Positions 52,329-61,985 are shown, counted from the first letter of the stretch. The stretch: 64,000 nucleotides of DNA from Obrimoposthia wandeli (GCA_977020255.1 CDROCS010003176.1:62001-126000); one strand, 5' to 3'. Numbers and translations are program-made. The notes: generated by a model from the letters alone, not told the origin.

Positions 52329-53459
52329 ATGTTACCTTATCTAAATATCCATTTTTACCTACAAAAAACTGCCGTATGTATCGTTCAGCATATTAAACGT
52401 CATTGGTTTCGTGCATCCATCATTCGTGTATGCCTTCTTTTAGTTGGAATAACCAGTTTCTCAACATTTGGATCCCTTCCAGTTTCTGGTGATTTTACTG
52501 CATCGGCTACCTGTCCTGCTTTTCAATCTTTTCGAAAAGAAACAAATCCAGATAATGCCCAATTGATCATTAACCGACGCTATGAAGCATTATCAATAAA
52601 TAACAAAGACTGGCAGTGGATTCAACTTCGTATTCCAGGAGCTTCTCCCGCTGTTCGTTGGGTTAACAAGTACTGCGGTACCGCAGATTTTAAACTTAAT
52701 GGCAATACCGCAAGCAATAGCAATAGCAATAGCAATAGCAATAGCAATAGCAATAGCAATAGCAATAGCAATACAAACAATAACAGCCATCAAAATCCAA
52801 ACAGCTGCCAAATTCCAAATGATTTTGATTCTTATGTGCTGGCCATTACGTGGCAACCTGGCTTTTGCGAACATGTTAACTATAAAGGACATAAGCCTGA
52901 ATGCGATGCGATTAACCGTGGCAAAAAAACAATATCACATTTAACACTTCATGGTCTGTGGCCGAATAAAAGAAGTTGTGGCATTAATTATGGCTACTGT
53001 GATAGTAAAGCAACACTTAACTTATCAGCAGCAACAATCAAAACAATATCACCGTGGATGCCAAACTTTTTTTATCAAGATAGCTTTGGTGAATATCAAT
53101 GGAAAAAGCATGGTGCATGTCAGAATTTAAACGATGATGACTATTTTTTAACCGCGATAGACCTAGTTAAAAAAGTGAATGCTTCCCCTATTGGCCTTTA
53201 TATAAAGCAAAATATTGGGAAAACAGTTTCTGTTTCTGAATTCAAAAATCAACTGACACAAACACTGGGGCCCAATGCCGTTAATCGTATACGTCTATCG
53301 TGCAGTAAAAGTCGTTATCTAACAGAAATTCAATTAAATCTAGAACAAGATTTTAATCTTAGTGATAATTTGGTAAGCCAGTTAGAAAAAGCACCGAAAA
53401 GCAGCCGTTTTCAAGGGAATTGTAAAAATTTGATCCATATAGAAGAATCTGGTCGATAA
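52329..53459 (+). CDS. Secreted RNase T2-family ribonuclease
   Basis: Signal-like segment; YVLAITWQPGFC, CAS I TLHGLWP and CAS II EYQWKKHGAC; exact start uncertain. Confidence 0.9.
   Translation: MLPYLNIHFYLQKTAVCIVQHIKRHWFRASIIRVCLLLVGITSFSTFGSLPVSGDFTASATCPAFQSFRKETNPDNAQLIINRRYEALSINNKDWQWIQLRIPGASPAVRWVNKYCGTADFKLNGNTASNSNSNSNSNSNSNSNSNSNTNNNSHQNPNSCQIPNDFDSYVLAITWQPGFCEHVNYKGHKPECDAINRGKKTISHLTLHGLWPNKRSCGINYGYCDSKATLNLSAATIKTISPWMPNFFYQDSFGEYQWKKHGACQNLNDDDYFLTAIDLVKKVNASPIGLYIKQNIGKTVSVSEFKNQLTQTLGPNAVNRIRLSCSKSRYLTEIQLNLEQDFNLSDNLVSQLEKAPKSSRFQGNCKNLIHIEESGR
52713..52772 (+). repeat. (AGCAAT)10 in-frame microsatellite encoding (Ser-Asn)10
   Basis: Ten perfect hexamer units. Confidence 0.97.
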
Positions 53460-53600
53460 CTGAGCTCTAAGTAAGAATAACAGTTAATAGTTTTACGTTA
53501 GGCATCAAAAATCAACTATGAATCTCATTTCTATTTTTACACTAGAGACAAATCAAAAATACTCGTAGTACCATTAAACAGATTCGTTAAGGAGACAATA

Positions 53601-53783
53601 ATGGAAATATACCCTACATGTAACAAATGCGGGCAATCTGATGAATATTTGGTTAGCCGTGAAAACAAATACATTTGTATATGTGGACATGAGATCAAAA
53701 TTACAGAATCGACCCTAGAAAGTGATGATGTACACCAAGATTTAATGAATAATCTAAAAGAAGATTCTAATCCTATTCACTAA
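53601..53783 (+). CDS. Small zinc-ribbon-like protein, 60 aa
   Basis: AAGGAG RBS; CxxC...CxCxH pattern and an acidic tail. Confidence 0.6.
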   Translation: MEIYPTCNKCGQSDEYLVSRENKYICICGHEIKITESTLESDDVHQDLMNNLKEDSNPIH

Positions 53784-53882
53784 GAGCAACAACAGCGCCG
53801 ACTCCTTAGAGGTTTTATGCTTCTTTGTATACTATAAAAATTAAGACAGGCACTGGCATTCACAGTTTGCTGAAGATAATCC

Positions 53883-53907
53883 TAAAACTCCCTTTGGGGG
53901 AGTTTTA
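53883..53907. terminator. Terminator-like hairpin
   Basis: TAAAACTCCC-TTTG-GGGAGTTTTA. Confidence 0.6.
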
Positions 53908-54227
53908 ACTTCCCCATAATCAAACTTCGCTGATCTTGCTATAGATTAACCCTATTGAAGGGCGCATTTTAGTGCCTAATATTGGTATCAACTTATTCAG
54001 TCTGAAAGAACATTGTATTGATTCACTCTTTATTCAGATATCTTGAAAAAATACCCACAATTAAATAGTACTATTAAGCTTTTGTTACAAATATGAAATC
54101 AAACATAACCAATAATACAGCTTTATTAACCGCAAAAAACGTTAACAGCAGGTTAAATATCTGTTTATTTGCAATTGTACGGTGTACTTTAGTGGTCACC
54201 ATAAAAGAGCTCACGAATTATTTAAGC

Positions 54228-54245
54228 TATTGTTATATAACAATA
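54228..54245. promoter_or_regulatory. Perfect 18-bp palindrome, candidate operator
   Basis: TATTGTTATATAACAATA. Confidence 0.5.
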
Positions 54246-54300
54246 AATTAAACAGAGCATAATACGCTATGCCTGCACCACACAGAAATCATTCATAAAA

Positions 54301-54316
54301 CGTGATCTGCGTCACA
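54301..54316. promoter_or_regulatory. Candidate CRP site
   Basis: CGTGA-TCTGCG-TCACA. Confidence 0.6.
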
Positions 54317-54535
54317 CTGACAATTTGAGATTTCATGCTAAATTTCAGCGCCTTATTAGGGTAATGCTATCGATTCAATGTTTCACAATTGTAAATGCAA
54401 CTGGTTTCAAGACCATGCAATAGTGGAAAATAAAAAATATAAATTAAGAATCGTATTCATGAACAATAACTGAAATGGATGTTTCAGTTCGCTCATCAAC
54501 GTCCGTTGAATGAGACTTAGTTACAGGATAATTTT

Positions 54536-56005
54536 ATGAGTGTTTTAACATCAATGAATGACGGACTAATGACTGTTATCAACGCGGTTAACGGTGTTCT
54601 ATGGGGCCAAGTGCTTATCTACATGCTTGTTGGCGTAGGTGTATACTTCACAGTGCGTTTAGGCTTCATCCAGATTCGTCAATTCAAACACGCTGTTGGC
54701 GTGCTTAAAAGAGGTAAGAATTCCGAAACAGGAATTAGTTCTTATCAAGTATTTTGTACATCAATGGCTGCTCGTGTCGGTACTGGTAACATGGCAGGTG
54801 TTGCTGTAGCACTGACAGTCGGTGGACCTGGCGCAATATTCTGGATGTGGGTTATCGCCCTATTCGGAATGGCAACTGCCTTTGTTGAATCAACCCTTGC
54901 ACAAGTATACAAAGTAAAAGACGTCGATGGTCAATACCGTGGCGGCCCTGCTTACTACATGGAGAAAGGTTTAGGTCAACGCTGGATGGGCTCACTGTTC
55001 TCAGTATTCCTGATCATTGCGTTCGGTTTAGTCTTCAACGCCGTTCAAGCAAACACGATTACAGATGCACTAAATCATTCATTTGGTTTTGATGAAACAA
55101 CAATGGGCATCATTATTGTTATTACCTCTGCTTTCTTCATCATGGGTGGCTTAACTAAAATTGCAAGAGCTTCTGCTCGAATCGTTCCAGTAATGGCAGT
55201 GGGTTACTTAGCCGTTGCTGCACTTGTTGTTGTAATGAACCTCTCTGAGCTACCAGCAGCATTAATATTAATCGTTAAGAGTGCATTTGGTTGGCAGGAA
55301 GCTGCCGCAGGTGGTGTTGCATATACGATTTCCCAAGCAATGCAGAGTGGTATCGCTCGCGGTCTATTCTCTAACGAAGCTGGTATGGGTTCTGCTGCAA
55401 ACATCGCAGCAAGTGCAACACCAAACCCTAACCACCCTGCATCACAGGGTTTCGTTCAGATGCTAGGTGTATTTGCTGATACTATCGTTATCTGTACAGC
55501 TTCTGCTGCAATGATTATGCTTTCAGGCGTAATGGATCAGCCAGATGCTGCATCAGGTATTGGTCTACTACAACAAGCACTAACAAGTGAACTAGGTGGC
55601 TGGACAACTTACTTCATGGCAGCAGCAATCATTCTTTTCTGCTTCTCATCTATTATTGCTAACTACAGCTACGCAGAAACGAACATCATGTTCTTGAACG
55701 GTAACACGAAGAAAGGTCTATTTATCTTCCGTTTAACTGTTCTTGGTATGGTTATGTTTGGCTCTGTCGCTTCCCTACCTGTGGTATGGAGCTTAGCTGA
55801 TGCATCGATGGGAATGATGGCACTGATAAATATAGTGGCATTGCTTCTACTCTCTAAGTTGGCATTCAAAGTTATCAAAGACTACGAAACACAGCTTAAA
55901 GCAGGGAAAATACCAGAATTTGATCGCTCTAAGTTCCCTGAACTAGAAGAGTTAGACGGTGCATGGCATCCTGAAACAATGAAAGAAGCACGTGCGAAGT
56001 CATAG
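54536..56005 (+). CDS. Alanine/glycine:cation symporter (AGCS family)
   Basis: ARVGTGN, GGPGAIFWMW, YRGGPAYY, RGLFSNEAGMGS and DTIVICT. Confidence 0.95.
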   Translation: MSVLTSMNDGLMTVINAVNGVLWGQVLIYMLVGVGVYFTVRLGFIQIRQFKHAVGVLKRGKNSETGISSYQVFCTSMAARVGTGNMAGVAVALTVGGPGAIFWMWVIALFGMATAFVESTLAQVYKVKDVDGQYRGGPAYYMEKGLGQRWMGSLFSVFLIIAFGLVFNAVQANTITDALNHSFGFDETTMGIIIVITSAFFIMGGLTKIARASARIVPVMAVGYLAVAALVVVMNLSELPAALILIVKSAFGWQEAAAGGVAYTISQAMQSGIARGLFSNEAGMGSAANIAASATPNPNHPASQGFVQMLGVFADTIVICTASAAMIMLSGVMDQPDAASGIGLLQQALTSELGGWTTYFMAAAIILFCFSSIIANYSYAETNIMFLNGNTKKGLFIFRLTVLGMVMFGSVASLPVVWSLADASMGMMALINIVALLLLSKLAFKVIKDYETQLKAGKIPEFDRSKFPELEELDGAWHPETMKEARAKS

Positions 56006-56039
56006 TTAAAATCATTTACGACTAACTTCCTCGAGTAAC

Positions 56040-56070
56040 AAAAAGCCAGTGCATTGCACTGGCTTTTTTT
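56040..56070 (+). terminator. Terminator of the AGCS gene
   Basis: AAAAGCCAGTGCA-T-TGCACTGGCTTTTTTT. Confidence 0.88.
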
Positions 56071-56223
56071 GTTCTCGATATCTAAGGAATAGATCATAAC
56101 ATTCAGTAATGATTCAGCCCATGTTGATATTATGAACAGACAAAAAGTACGTATGTTTACTGTCTCTAACCTGAAATATTTACGTTGCTCTAATTTAAAT
56201 TCATTACTGAAAGTATCATTATT

Positions 56224-56586
56224 ATGTATAAGAAATCACTTATTGTTGTATTTGTACTTACATCAAGTATCGCTAGTGCATCAGTCAATTTTGATGACCT
56301 AATGAATAACAATTCCATGCAGATAGAATCTAAAGATAATAGCAGCGCTTTATTTTTCAATGAGACTAAAGGTATCTTTGGATTAATAGAAACCAACAAA
56401 GAATGTAGCCTTTCATCTCAAAAAATATCACTCAATCATGATGGTGATCTTTATCATGCCAAGCAATACTGTACTAACGGTTCACGCATAACATACTCCC
56501 ACTTAGCTGCAGCGAATGTTTTGCTAGAACAAATTAATAAGAACCGTACGGTTACGGTCAATGGTATTGATTTTAATCATATATAA
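56224..56586 (+). CDS. Hypothetical secreted protein, 120 aa
   Basis: Signal peptide MYKKSLIVVFVLTSSIASA; two Cys residues; AT-rich. Confidence 0.65.
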   Translation: MYKKSLIVVFVLTSSIASASVNFDDLMNNNSMQIESKDNSSALFFNETKGIFGLIETNKECSLSSQKISLNHDGDLYHAKQYCTNGSRITYSHLAAANVLLEQINKNRTVTVNGIDFNHI

Positions 56587-56661
56587 ACATCAATGAATAG
56601 ATATCCTATATATTGTATTTGCTACCCTCTCGATAAAAGACAGGCAAGTTACACTGCGCAC

Positions 56662-56687
56662 AAAAAAGGTCTCTACCGAGACCTTTT
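56662..56687. terminator. Terminator hairpin
   Basis: AAAAGGTCTC-TACC-GAGACCTTTT. Confidence 0.75.
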
Positions 56688-56702
56688 ATAAACAATAAGT
56701 AT

Positions 56703-56968
56703 TATACCCAAGTCACCTCAAGATGCAGGATTCAGAGTGATATCAGCGTATTTAATTCAAGGAAAATGTGTGTAGGAATAGCATTCCCTTTCAAGCACAT
56801 TTGACACAGAAGTAGATACGCTGAATCACTCCCGACGGGCGAGTTTTGTTGGGCTCTATGCGGTGTTACTTATTTCCAACGTAGAACAACTAGGCCTATG
56901 AATGAGTGCCTTGCCTAGAGCCCAACAAATTCTCGCTGAAACGAGCACCTTGAGGTAACTTGAGTATA
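56703..56968. mobile_element. Palindromic MITE/ERIC-like intergenic element, long form (266 bp)
   Basis: Same termini and right arm as 50807-50979, plus an extra 93-bp internal hairpin segment. Confidence 0.85.
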
Positions 56969-57001
56969 AGCACGTTTAGTTAGTTTCACTTAAAAGAAAT
57001 A

Positions 57002-57283
57002 CTAGTGATAACCATGCCCATGTTTCCAACTCGTGCTCATTTGATTTGTAACACACTCAGGAAGGGGTCGGTGCGCCTTCGCTGCTGGCGCCATAATTTT
57101 GCGATAGCCAGAAGCGACCAATCGTAAGTCGAATGCTTTATCAATAGGCATTCCAGCTCGAGCTAAATCCCAACGAAATACACGGAGTGCCATATATTCG
57201 TGTTGCTCTATCTCGCCACCATAAGGATATTTTAATACCTTGGCATAAGCTTGCTTTGCCAGTTCGAAGTTAACTTTAATCAT
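57002..57283 (-). CDS. Hypothetical protein, 93 aa
   Basis: Strong GGGAGG RBS 5 nt before the ATG; non-overlapping ORF. Confidence 0.65.
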   Translation of the reverse strand: MIKVNFELAKQAYAKVLKYPYGGEIEQHEYMALRVFRWDLARAGMPIDKAFDLRLVASGYRKIMAPAAKAHRPLPECVTNQMSTSWKHGHGYH

Positions 57284-57563
57284 AAGTACCTCCCAAACAC
57301 ACTGGTTATAATCACAGTAGTACGTTACAGGGTAGCGTGCAAGTTTATTTGTACTCTAGACATTGATATACATCATAAATGTTGCCTAAATGTGAATATA
57401 CTCCGTCAGTAAACAATGGCTTGGTTAATCTTTGCTCATCACAGAATAGAAACGATAATTCTTTTGAAAAACACCTAAAAATAATGAGAAAATTTGACAC
57501 TATCAATACGACACAAACTTAGGCTCTGGTATTATTTGGTCACAAAAATAATTAATAGAGAAA

Positions 57564-57962
57564 TTGATGATGTTTTCTGCTCGCCTTGCAAAACGAGTGT
57601 TTACCATACTTTTAGCGACGGGATTAATTGGATGTAGCACTGAACCACAAACAGGTGACATCGTTAACTATAAAGGTATCTATACTTGGGGAGATGGCAT
57701 ACGCAGCTTTCAACCTTGCGGTTCTACTAAGTATTATTGGGTGATACAAAACTCGGCCATTGTAGAACCAATGAAAGCCTTGTCAATCAAGCTACAAAAT
57801 GCGCGTAACGAATCTTACCAGCCTGTTTATGCCGAGATCACCGCTGAGCATGTGGAGCAACCACAAGATGGATTCGCCATCGACTTTAATGGTGCTATTG
57901 ATATTTTAGAATCAACCGTTCTTTCCGGTGCAATACCTAAAGAATGTACATTCAATAATTAA
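57564..57962 (+). CDS. Lipoprotein with an NlpE-C-like OB domain
   Basis: Lipobox LIGC; GIYTWG...SFQPCG...YWV pattern. Confidence 0.65.
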   Translation: MMMFSARLAKRVFTILLATGLIGCSTEPQTGDIVNYKGIYTWGDGIRSFQPCGSTKYYWVIQNSAIVEPMKALSIKLQNARNESYQPVYAEITAEHVEQPQDGFAIDFNGAIDILESTVLSGAIPKECTFNN

Positions 57963-57964
57963 AT

Positions 57965-58001
57965 AAAAACCACACCAAGTATTCTATTACTCGGTGTGGT
58001 T
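57965..58001. terminator. Terminator-like hairpin between convergent genes
   Basis: AACCACACC...GGTGTGGTT. Confidence 0.65.
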
Positions 58002-58039
58002 CATATTTAAAGCTGTTAACTGTAAGAAATAACGATACG

Positions 58040-58663
58040 TTAGTTATGGCTTGCAATAGCCAATAAAGAGCCAGCACCCATAAACATACTGCCAAAAATT
58101 CTATTTTGAATACGCACATGACGCTCATTTTTAATTAAGTGTGCTAAACGCGTTGCCAGTAAGGAATAGCCAATCATTACCACTGTATCTACCACTAGCA
58201 TTGTCGAGCCCAACAGTATAATTTGATGAATTTGAGACTCGTTGGTATTCATGAATTGTGGTAATAATGCGACCAGAAAAACAATACTTTTAGGATTAGT
58301 TACATTCACAATAACGGACTTAGTAAACAGCTTTAATGGTTCAGGTTTTTGCGCTTTCACTTCACCTAAATCGAGTTTACTAACTTCATTAAACTTTTGA
58401 TAACCAAGAAAAATAAGATAAGCGACGCCTACCCACTTAATAACCGAAAACGCCAATTCTGATTGCGCAAGTAACGCACCTAGCCCAAATCCAACCATCA
58501 TTATATTAAATGCACTACCCACTTGTAAGCCTAAGTTTGCGATTAAACTAGCTTTGAAACCATACTTCATTGTATTTGCCATCGTATTCACAGCCCCGGC
58601 ACCAGGCGAAATACTCAACACGACGGCTGCAAGCAAAAAGGTTAACCAGACTTCAATTGTCAT
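58040..58663 (-). CDS. rhtB: RhtB/LysE-family amino acid efflux protein
   Basis: LSISPGAG, AFSVIKWVGVAYL, NVTNPKSIVFL..LLPQF and NRIFGS. Confidence 0.85.
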   Translation of the reverse strand: MTIEVWLTFLLAAVVLSISPGAGAVNTMANTMKYGFKASLIANLGLQVGSAFNIMMVGFGLGALLAQSELAFSVIKWVGVAYLIFLGYQKFNEVSKLDLGEVKAQKPEPLKLFTKSVIVNVTNPKSIVFLVALLPQFMNTNESQIHQIILLGSTMLVVDTVVMIGYSLLATRLAHLIKNERHVRIQNRIFGSMFMGAGSLLAIASHN

Positions 58664-59104
58664 TTTGTCTCTCCATTTAAACGACTCATCCATATAGTCT
58701 ACGAGGCAAGTCAGTTAATAATCGAAAAAGTATTCGTTCTGCAAAATTATGCTTTCAAAGCACACGTTGATGACAAGATACGTTTTAATCATCAAAAGAA
58801 CAAATGGATTCACCTTATACAAAACCATAATGTTTTATAGCCAAGGGACTTAGAGGTGATTTTTTAATTCTGTATGGAAAAAAACGACACTGTGTTTTAT
58901 ATTTTGCTCTGATGGTGCTCACTCTTACAAAAGCTTTGCAAAGCCTCTAATCTCATTGGTCCATGGATAACAGGTTTGTAGGTTAAGCACTAGTTACAGC
59001 TTATTTCAAAGTGTGCATCTGACTTGTTAGTACCGTGGTGCTGAACATGTTTCTGACGTCTTAATTTATTGATATGTGAAGAATTAAATTTTTGTTTGTT
59101 AGGT

Positions 59105-59120
59105 TGCGAGTCTATTCACA
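59105..59120. promoter_or_regulatory. Candidate CRP site upstream of the PTS IIB gene
   Basis: TGCGA-GTCTAT-TCACA. Confidence 0.55.
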
Positions 59121-59210
59121 TCAATTTCCGAAAGTTTCAGCTCTTGTATTTGGCCTATATGCTATCGTTGTCACACCCAAATGATGTAATTAAAAATGGT
59201 GGAAAGTGAT

Positions 59211-59531
59211 ATGAGGATTATATTGTGCTGCGGTGGTGGATTCTCAACCAGTATACTGGCTAAGAGAATGAGGGCGGAGGCTGAAACTAGAGGGATAGAT
59301 TGTACGGTTGAAGCGTTTGCCGAGATTGAAATGAGAGATAAAATGCAAGATTGTGATGTTTGTCTAATCGGCCCTCAGATTAGCCACTATAAAGATAATT
59401 TACAGAAAATTGCCAGTGAGTATGGTACGCGAATCGCGGTTATCCCTAATATGGTATACGGTATGATGAAAGGAGATGAAGCATTAGATCAAGCTCTATC
59501 TCTTATTTCAAACGAAGTTAATAGTAATTAG
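59211..59531 (+). CDS. PTS EIIB component, lactose/cellobiose family
   Basis: IILCCGGGFSTSIL, CLIGPQI and YGMMKG. Confidence 0.92.
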   Translation: MRIILCCGGGFSTSILAKRMRAEAETRGIDCTVEAFAEIEMRDKMQDCDVCLIGPQISHYKDNLQKIASEYGTRIAVIPNMVYGMMKGDEALDQALSLISNEVNSN

Positions 59532-59974
59532 CCTGTTTCGTTATATCGTTTTTTTTCATCTAGGGCCTATTTATCTTTCAACATAATTATTGCTGGAGAA
59601 GTCGGAACCCTGCAAGGCTTTCCGCTGGCGCAACTTAAAGCCACACCTGCTGAATCAAGCTATGTGGCAGAAACATATCGCTCAAATGTTCTCAATCAGC
59701 TCAATGATTTACACGGCCAATCTTGTATTTCCTATACCCCATCTCATCCTTTTACTTAGCTTTACTGCCAAAGGACTTAGAGATGATTTTTTAATTCGGT
59801 ATCGAAAACAACGATACCGCTTTTCATGGCGGTTAATTATCAAGCGATTTAAGACTTCTATCACATTTTAATTTTGTGGGTACGAAAATCCAGTATATGC
59901 ATGAATTATCCTATATCTGCGTTTTATATTTTGCCTCAATATATAGACAAGCATGACTAATACGGAGAATTATC

Positions 59975-61882
59975 ATGAAGATTGAATCCCTAATAACCAA
60001 TCAATTAATTTGCTTAGATCTTAAAGCGACAAATAAGAAAGATGTGCTAATTGAAATGGCAACTCTTCTTGAAAACACTCAATGCATTTCTGACAAAAAA
60101 GCTTATTTATCAGATGTATGGACGCGAGAAGAGATTAGCAGTACAGGCTTTGAAGATGGTATCGCAATTCCTCATGCAAAGAGTGCAGCCGTTATTAAAC
60201 CTGCTGTAGCAGTCGGTATTAGTCGCACAGGTATAGAGTACGGCGCAGACGATGGTGAACTGTCTAATATATTCTTTATGATTGCATCACCCGATGGTGG
60301 CGATAATCACCACATTGAAGTATTAGCACAAATTTCTAGTAAATTAATTGAAGATGGATTCACAGATAAACTTCGTGCAGCAAAAACAGCAGAAGAAGCA
60401 GTCACGTTATTAACGCAAATAACGCCACAGAAAAAAGCACAACCAACTATGCAACCAACACAACCTGAAGTACCAGCCTCCTCTTTTAAAGCATCACTAG
60501 GTCGAATGAAACAACACTTGTTGTTTGGTACGTCGCACATGATTCCATTCATTGTTGCCGGTGGTGTTTTACTGTCTTTATCAGTAATGATTTCAGGTAA
60601 AGGTGCAGTACCAGATACCGGCGTACTAAAAGACATCGCTGAAATGGGTATTGCAGGGTTAACCCTATTTACGGCTATTTTAGGCGGCTATATTGCTTAT
60701 TCTATTGCCGATAAGCCAGGCTTAGCTCCCGGTATGATAGGCTCATGGATTGCCGTTCAACAATACAATACAGGTTTTCTAGGCGCCATTGTCGTCGGCT
60801 TTATTGCAGGCTTTGTTGTGCAGCAACTTAAACGTATTAAGCTGCCTGATAGTATGACGTCGCTCGGCTCAATATTTATCTATCCACTGATTGGTACATT
60901 CATCGTCTGTAGTATCGTAATGTGGGGCATTGGTGAACCCATTGCACACATGATGACCTCAATGAATGAATGGCTAGCAGGCATGGCTGGCAGCGGTAAG
61001 GTACTACTCGGTGCAATTCTTGGTGGTATGACAGCATTTGATATGGGTGGCCCGATCAATAAAGTCGCAACACTGTTTGCGCAAACTCAAGTTGATACAC
61101 AACCATGGTTAATGGGTGGTGTGGGCATCGCGATTTGTGTTCCACCACTGGGTATGGCACTTGCGACTATTTTATCACCTAAACGCTATAAGAAAGATGA
61201 GCGTGAAGCAGGTAAAGCAGCGGCTATCATGGGTATGATTGGTATTACCGAAGGTGCGATTCCATTTGCTGCAGCTGACCCAATACGAGTTATTCCTGCC
61301 ATTGTTGTAGGTGGTATTGTGGGTAACGTAACTGGCTTCATGTTTAACGTATTGAACCACGCACCTTGGGGTGGCTGGATTGTACTGCCCGTTGTAGACG
61401 GTAAAATTGGCTACATTGTAGGTACGATTGCAGGTGCTGTTGTTACTGCACTTATCGTTAACTTACTGAAGAAACCTGTTACTGAAGAAGATGACAACGA
61501 AACAATGAATTACACGCCTGTTGAATCAATTTCTGAAGAAGGTGTGGCACAGGTACTTGCTATTACATCATGTCCATCAGGTGTTGCGCATACTTTTCTT
61601 GCCGCAAAAAGTTTAGAAAAAGCAGCAAGTAAGTTAGGCATTAAAATTAAAGTCGAAACCCAAGGTGCTAACGGTATTGTAAACCGATTAACGGCAAAAG
61701 ATGTCGCGAATGCAGAGCTGGTTATCTTTGCTCACGATGTCGCGATTAAAGAGATTCAACGCTTTGATGGCATGCATATTGTCGATACAAAAACCAAAGA
61801 AGCAATGAATAATGCAGAGCAACTGATTCGAGCTAACCTAGCTCAAGCTAAAAGTGATTCAGCAGCAACGGCAAATGCATAA
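59975..61882 (+). CDS. PTS fructose/mannose-type EIIA-EIIC-EIIB fusion
   Basis: EIIA GIAIPHAKS; EIIC FDMGGPINK and GITEGAIPF; C-terminal EIIB CPSGVAHTF, KVETQG. Confidence 0.95.
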   Translation: MKIESLITNQLICLDLKATNKKDVLIEMATLLENTQCISDKKAYLSDVWTREEISSTGFEDGIAIPHAKSAAVIKPAVAVGISRTGIEYGADDGELSNIFFMIASPDGGDNHHIEVLAQISSKLIEDGFTDKLRAAKTAEEAVTLLTQITPQKKAQPTMQPTQPEVPASSFKASLGRMKQHLLFGTSHMIPFIVAGGVLLSLSVMISGKGAVPDTGVLKDIAEMGIAGLTLFTAILGGYIAYSIADKPGLAPGMIGSWIAVQQYNTGFLGAIVVGFIAGFVVQQLKRIKLPDSMTSLGSIFIYPLIGTFIVCSIVMWGIGEPIAHMMTSMNEWLAGMAGSGKVLLGAILGGMTAFDMGGPINKVATLFAQTQVDTQPWLMGGVGIAICVPPLGMALATILSPKRYKKDEREAGKAAAIMGMIGITEGAIPFAAADPIRVIPAIVVGGIVGNVTGFMFNVLNHAPWGGWIVLPVVDGKIGYIVGTIAGAVVTALIVNLLKKPVTEEDDNETMNYTPVESISEEGVAQVLAITSCPSGVAHTFLAAKSLEKAASKLGIKIKVETQGANGIVNRLTAKDVANAELVIFAHDVAIKEIQRFDGMHIVDTKTKEAMNNAEQLIRANLAQAKSDSAATANA

Positions 61883-61955
61883 ACCCTGAGGCTAAGGCTG
61901 AGAGTAATATTAAACATCAGTGATTCCTGATAGGAAATAACGCTAGACAATATTC

Positions 61956-61985
61956 AAAGGCAGGTTCCCCCACCTGCCTTTTCTT
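61956..61985. terminator. Terminator
   Basis: AAAGGCAGGT-N6-ACCTGCCTTT followed by a T-rich run. Confidence 0.8.

Noticed and set aside
52593-52944. ORFs 52593-52892 (-) and 52699-52944 (+) with poly-(Ala-Ile)
   Set aside because: These are alternative frames of the AGCAAT microsatellite inside the RNase gene.
53456-53512. Integron attC site after the RNase T2 gene (TAAC...GTTAGGC)
   Set aside because: No RYYYAAC inverse core, no complementary L boxes, and no repeat after neighbouring ORFs.
54320-54535. Glycine riboswitch upstream of the AGCS symporter
   Set aside because: The GGAGA...CCGAAG...CUCUCAGG aptamer motifs are not present.
59590-59871. 93-aa ORF between the PTS genes
   Set aside because: TTG start, no RBS and no recognisable family; other frames are full of stops. 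At most a degraded remnant.
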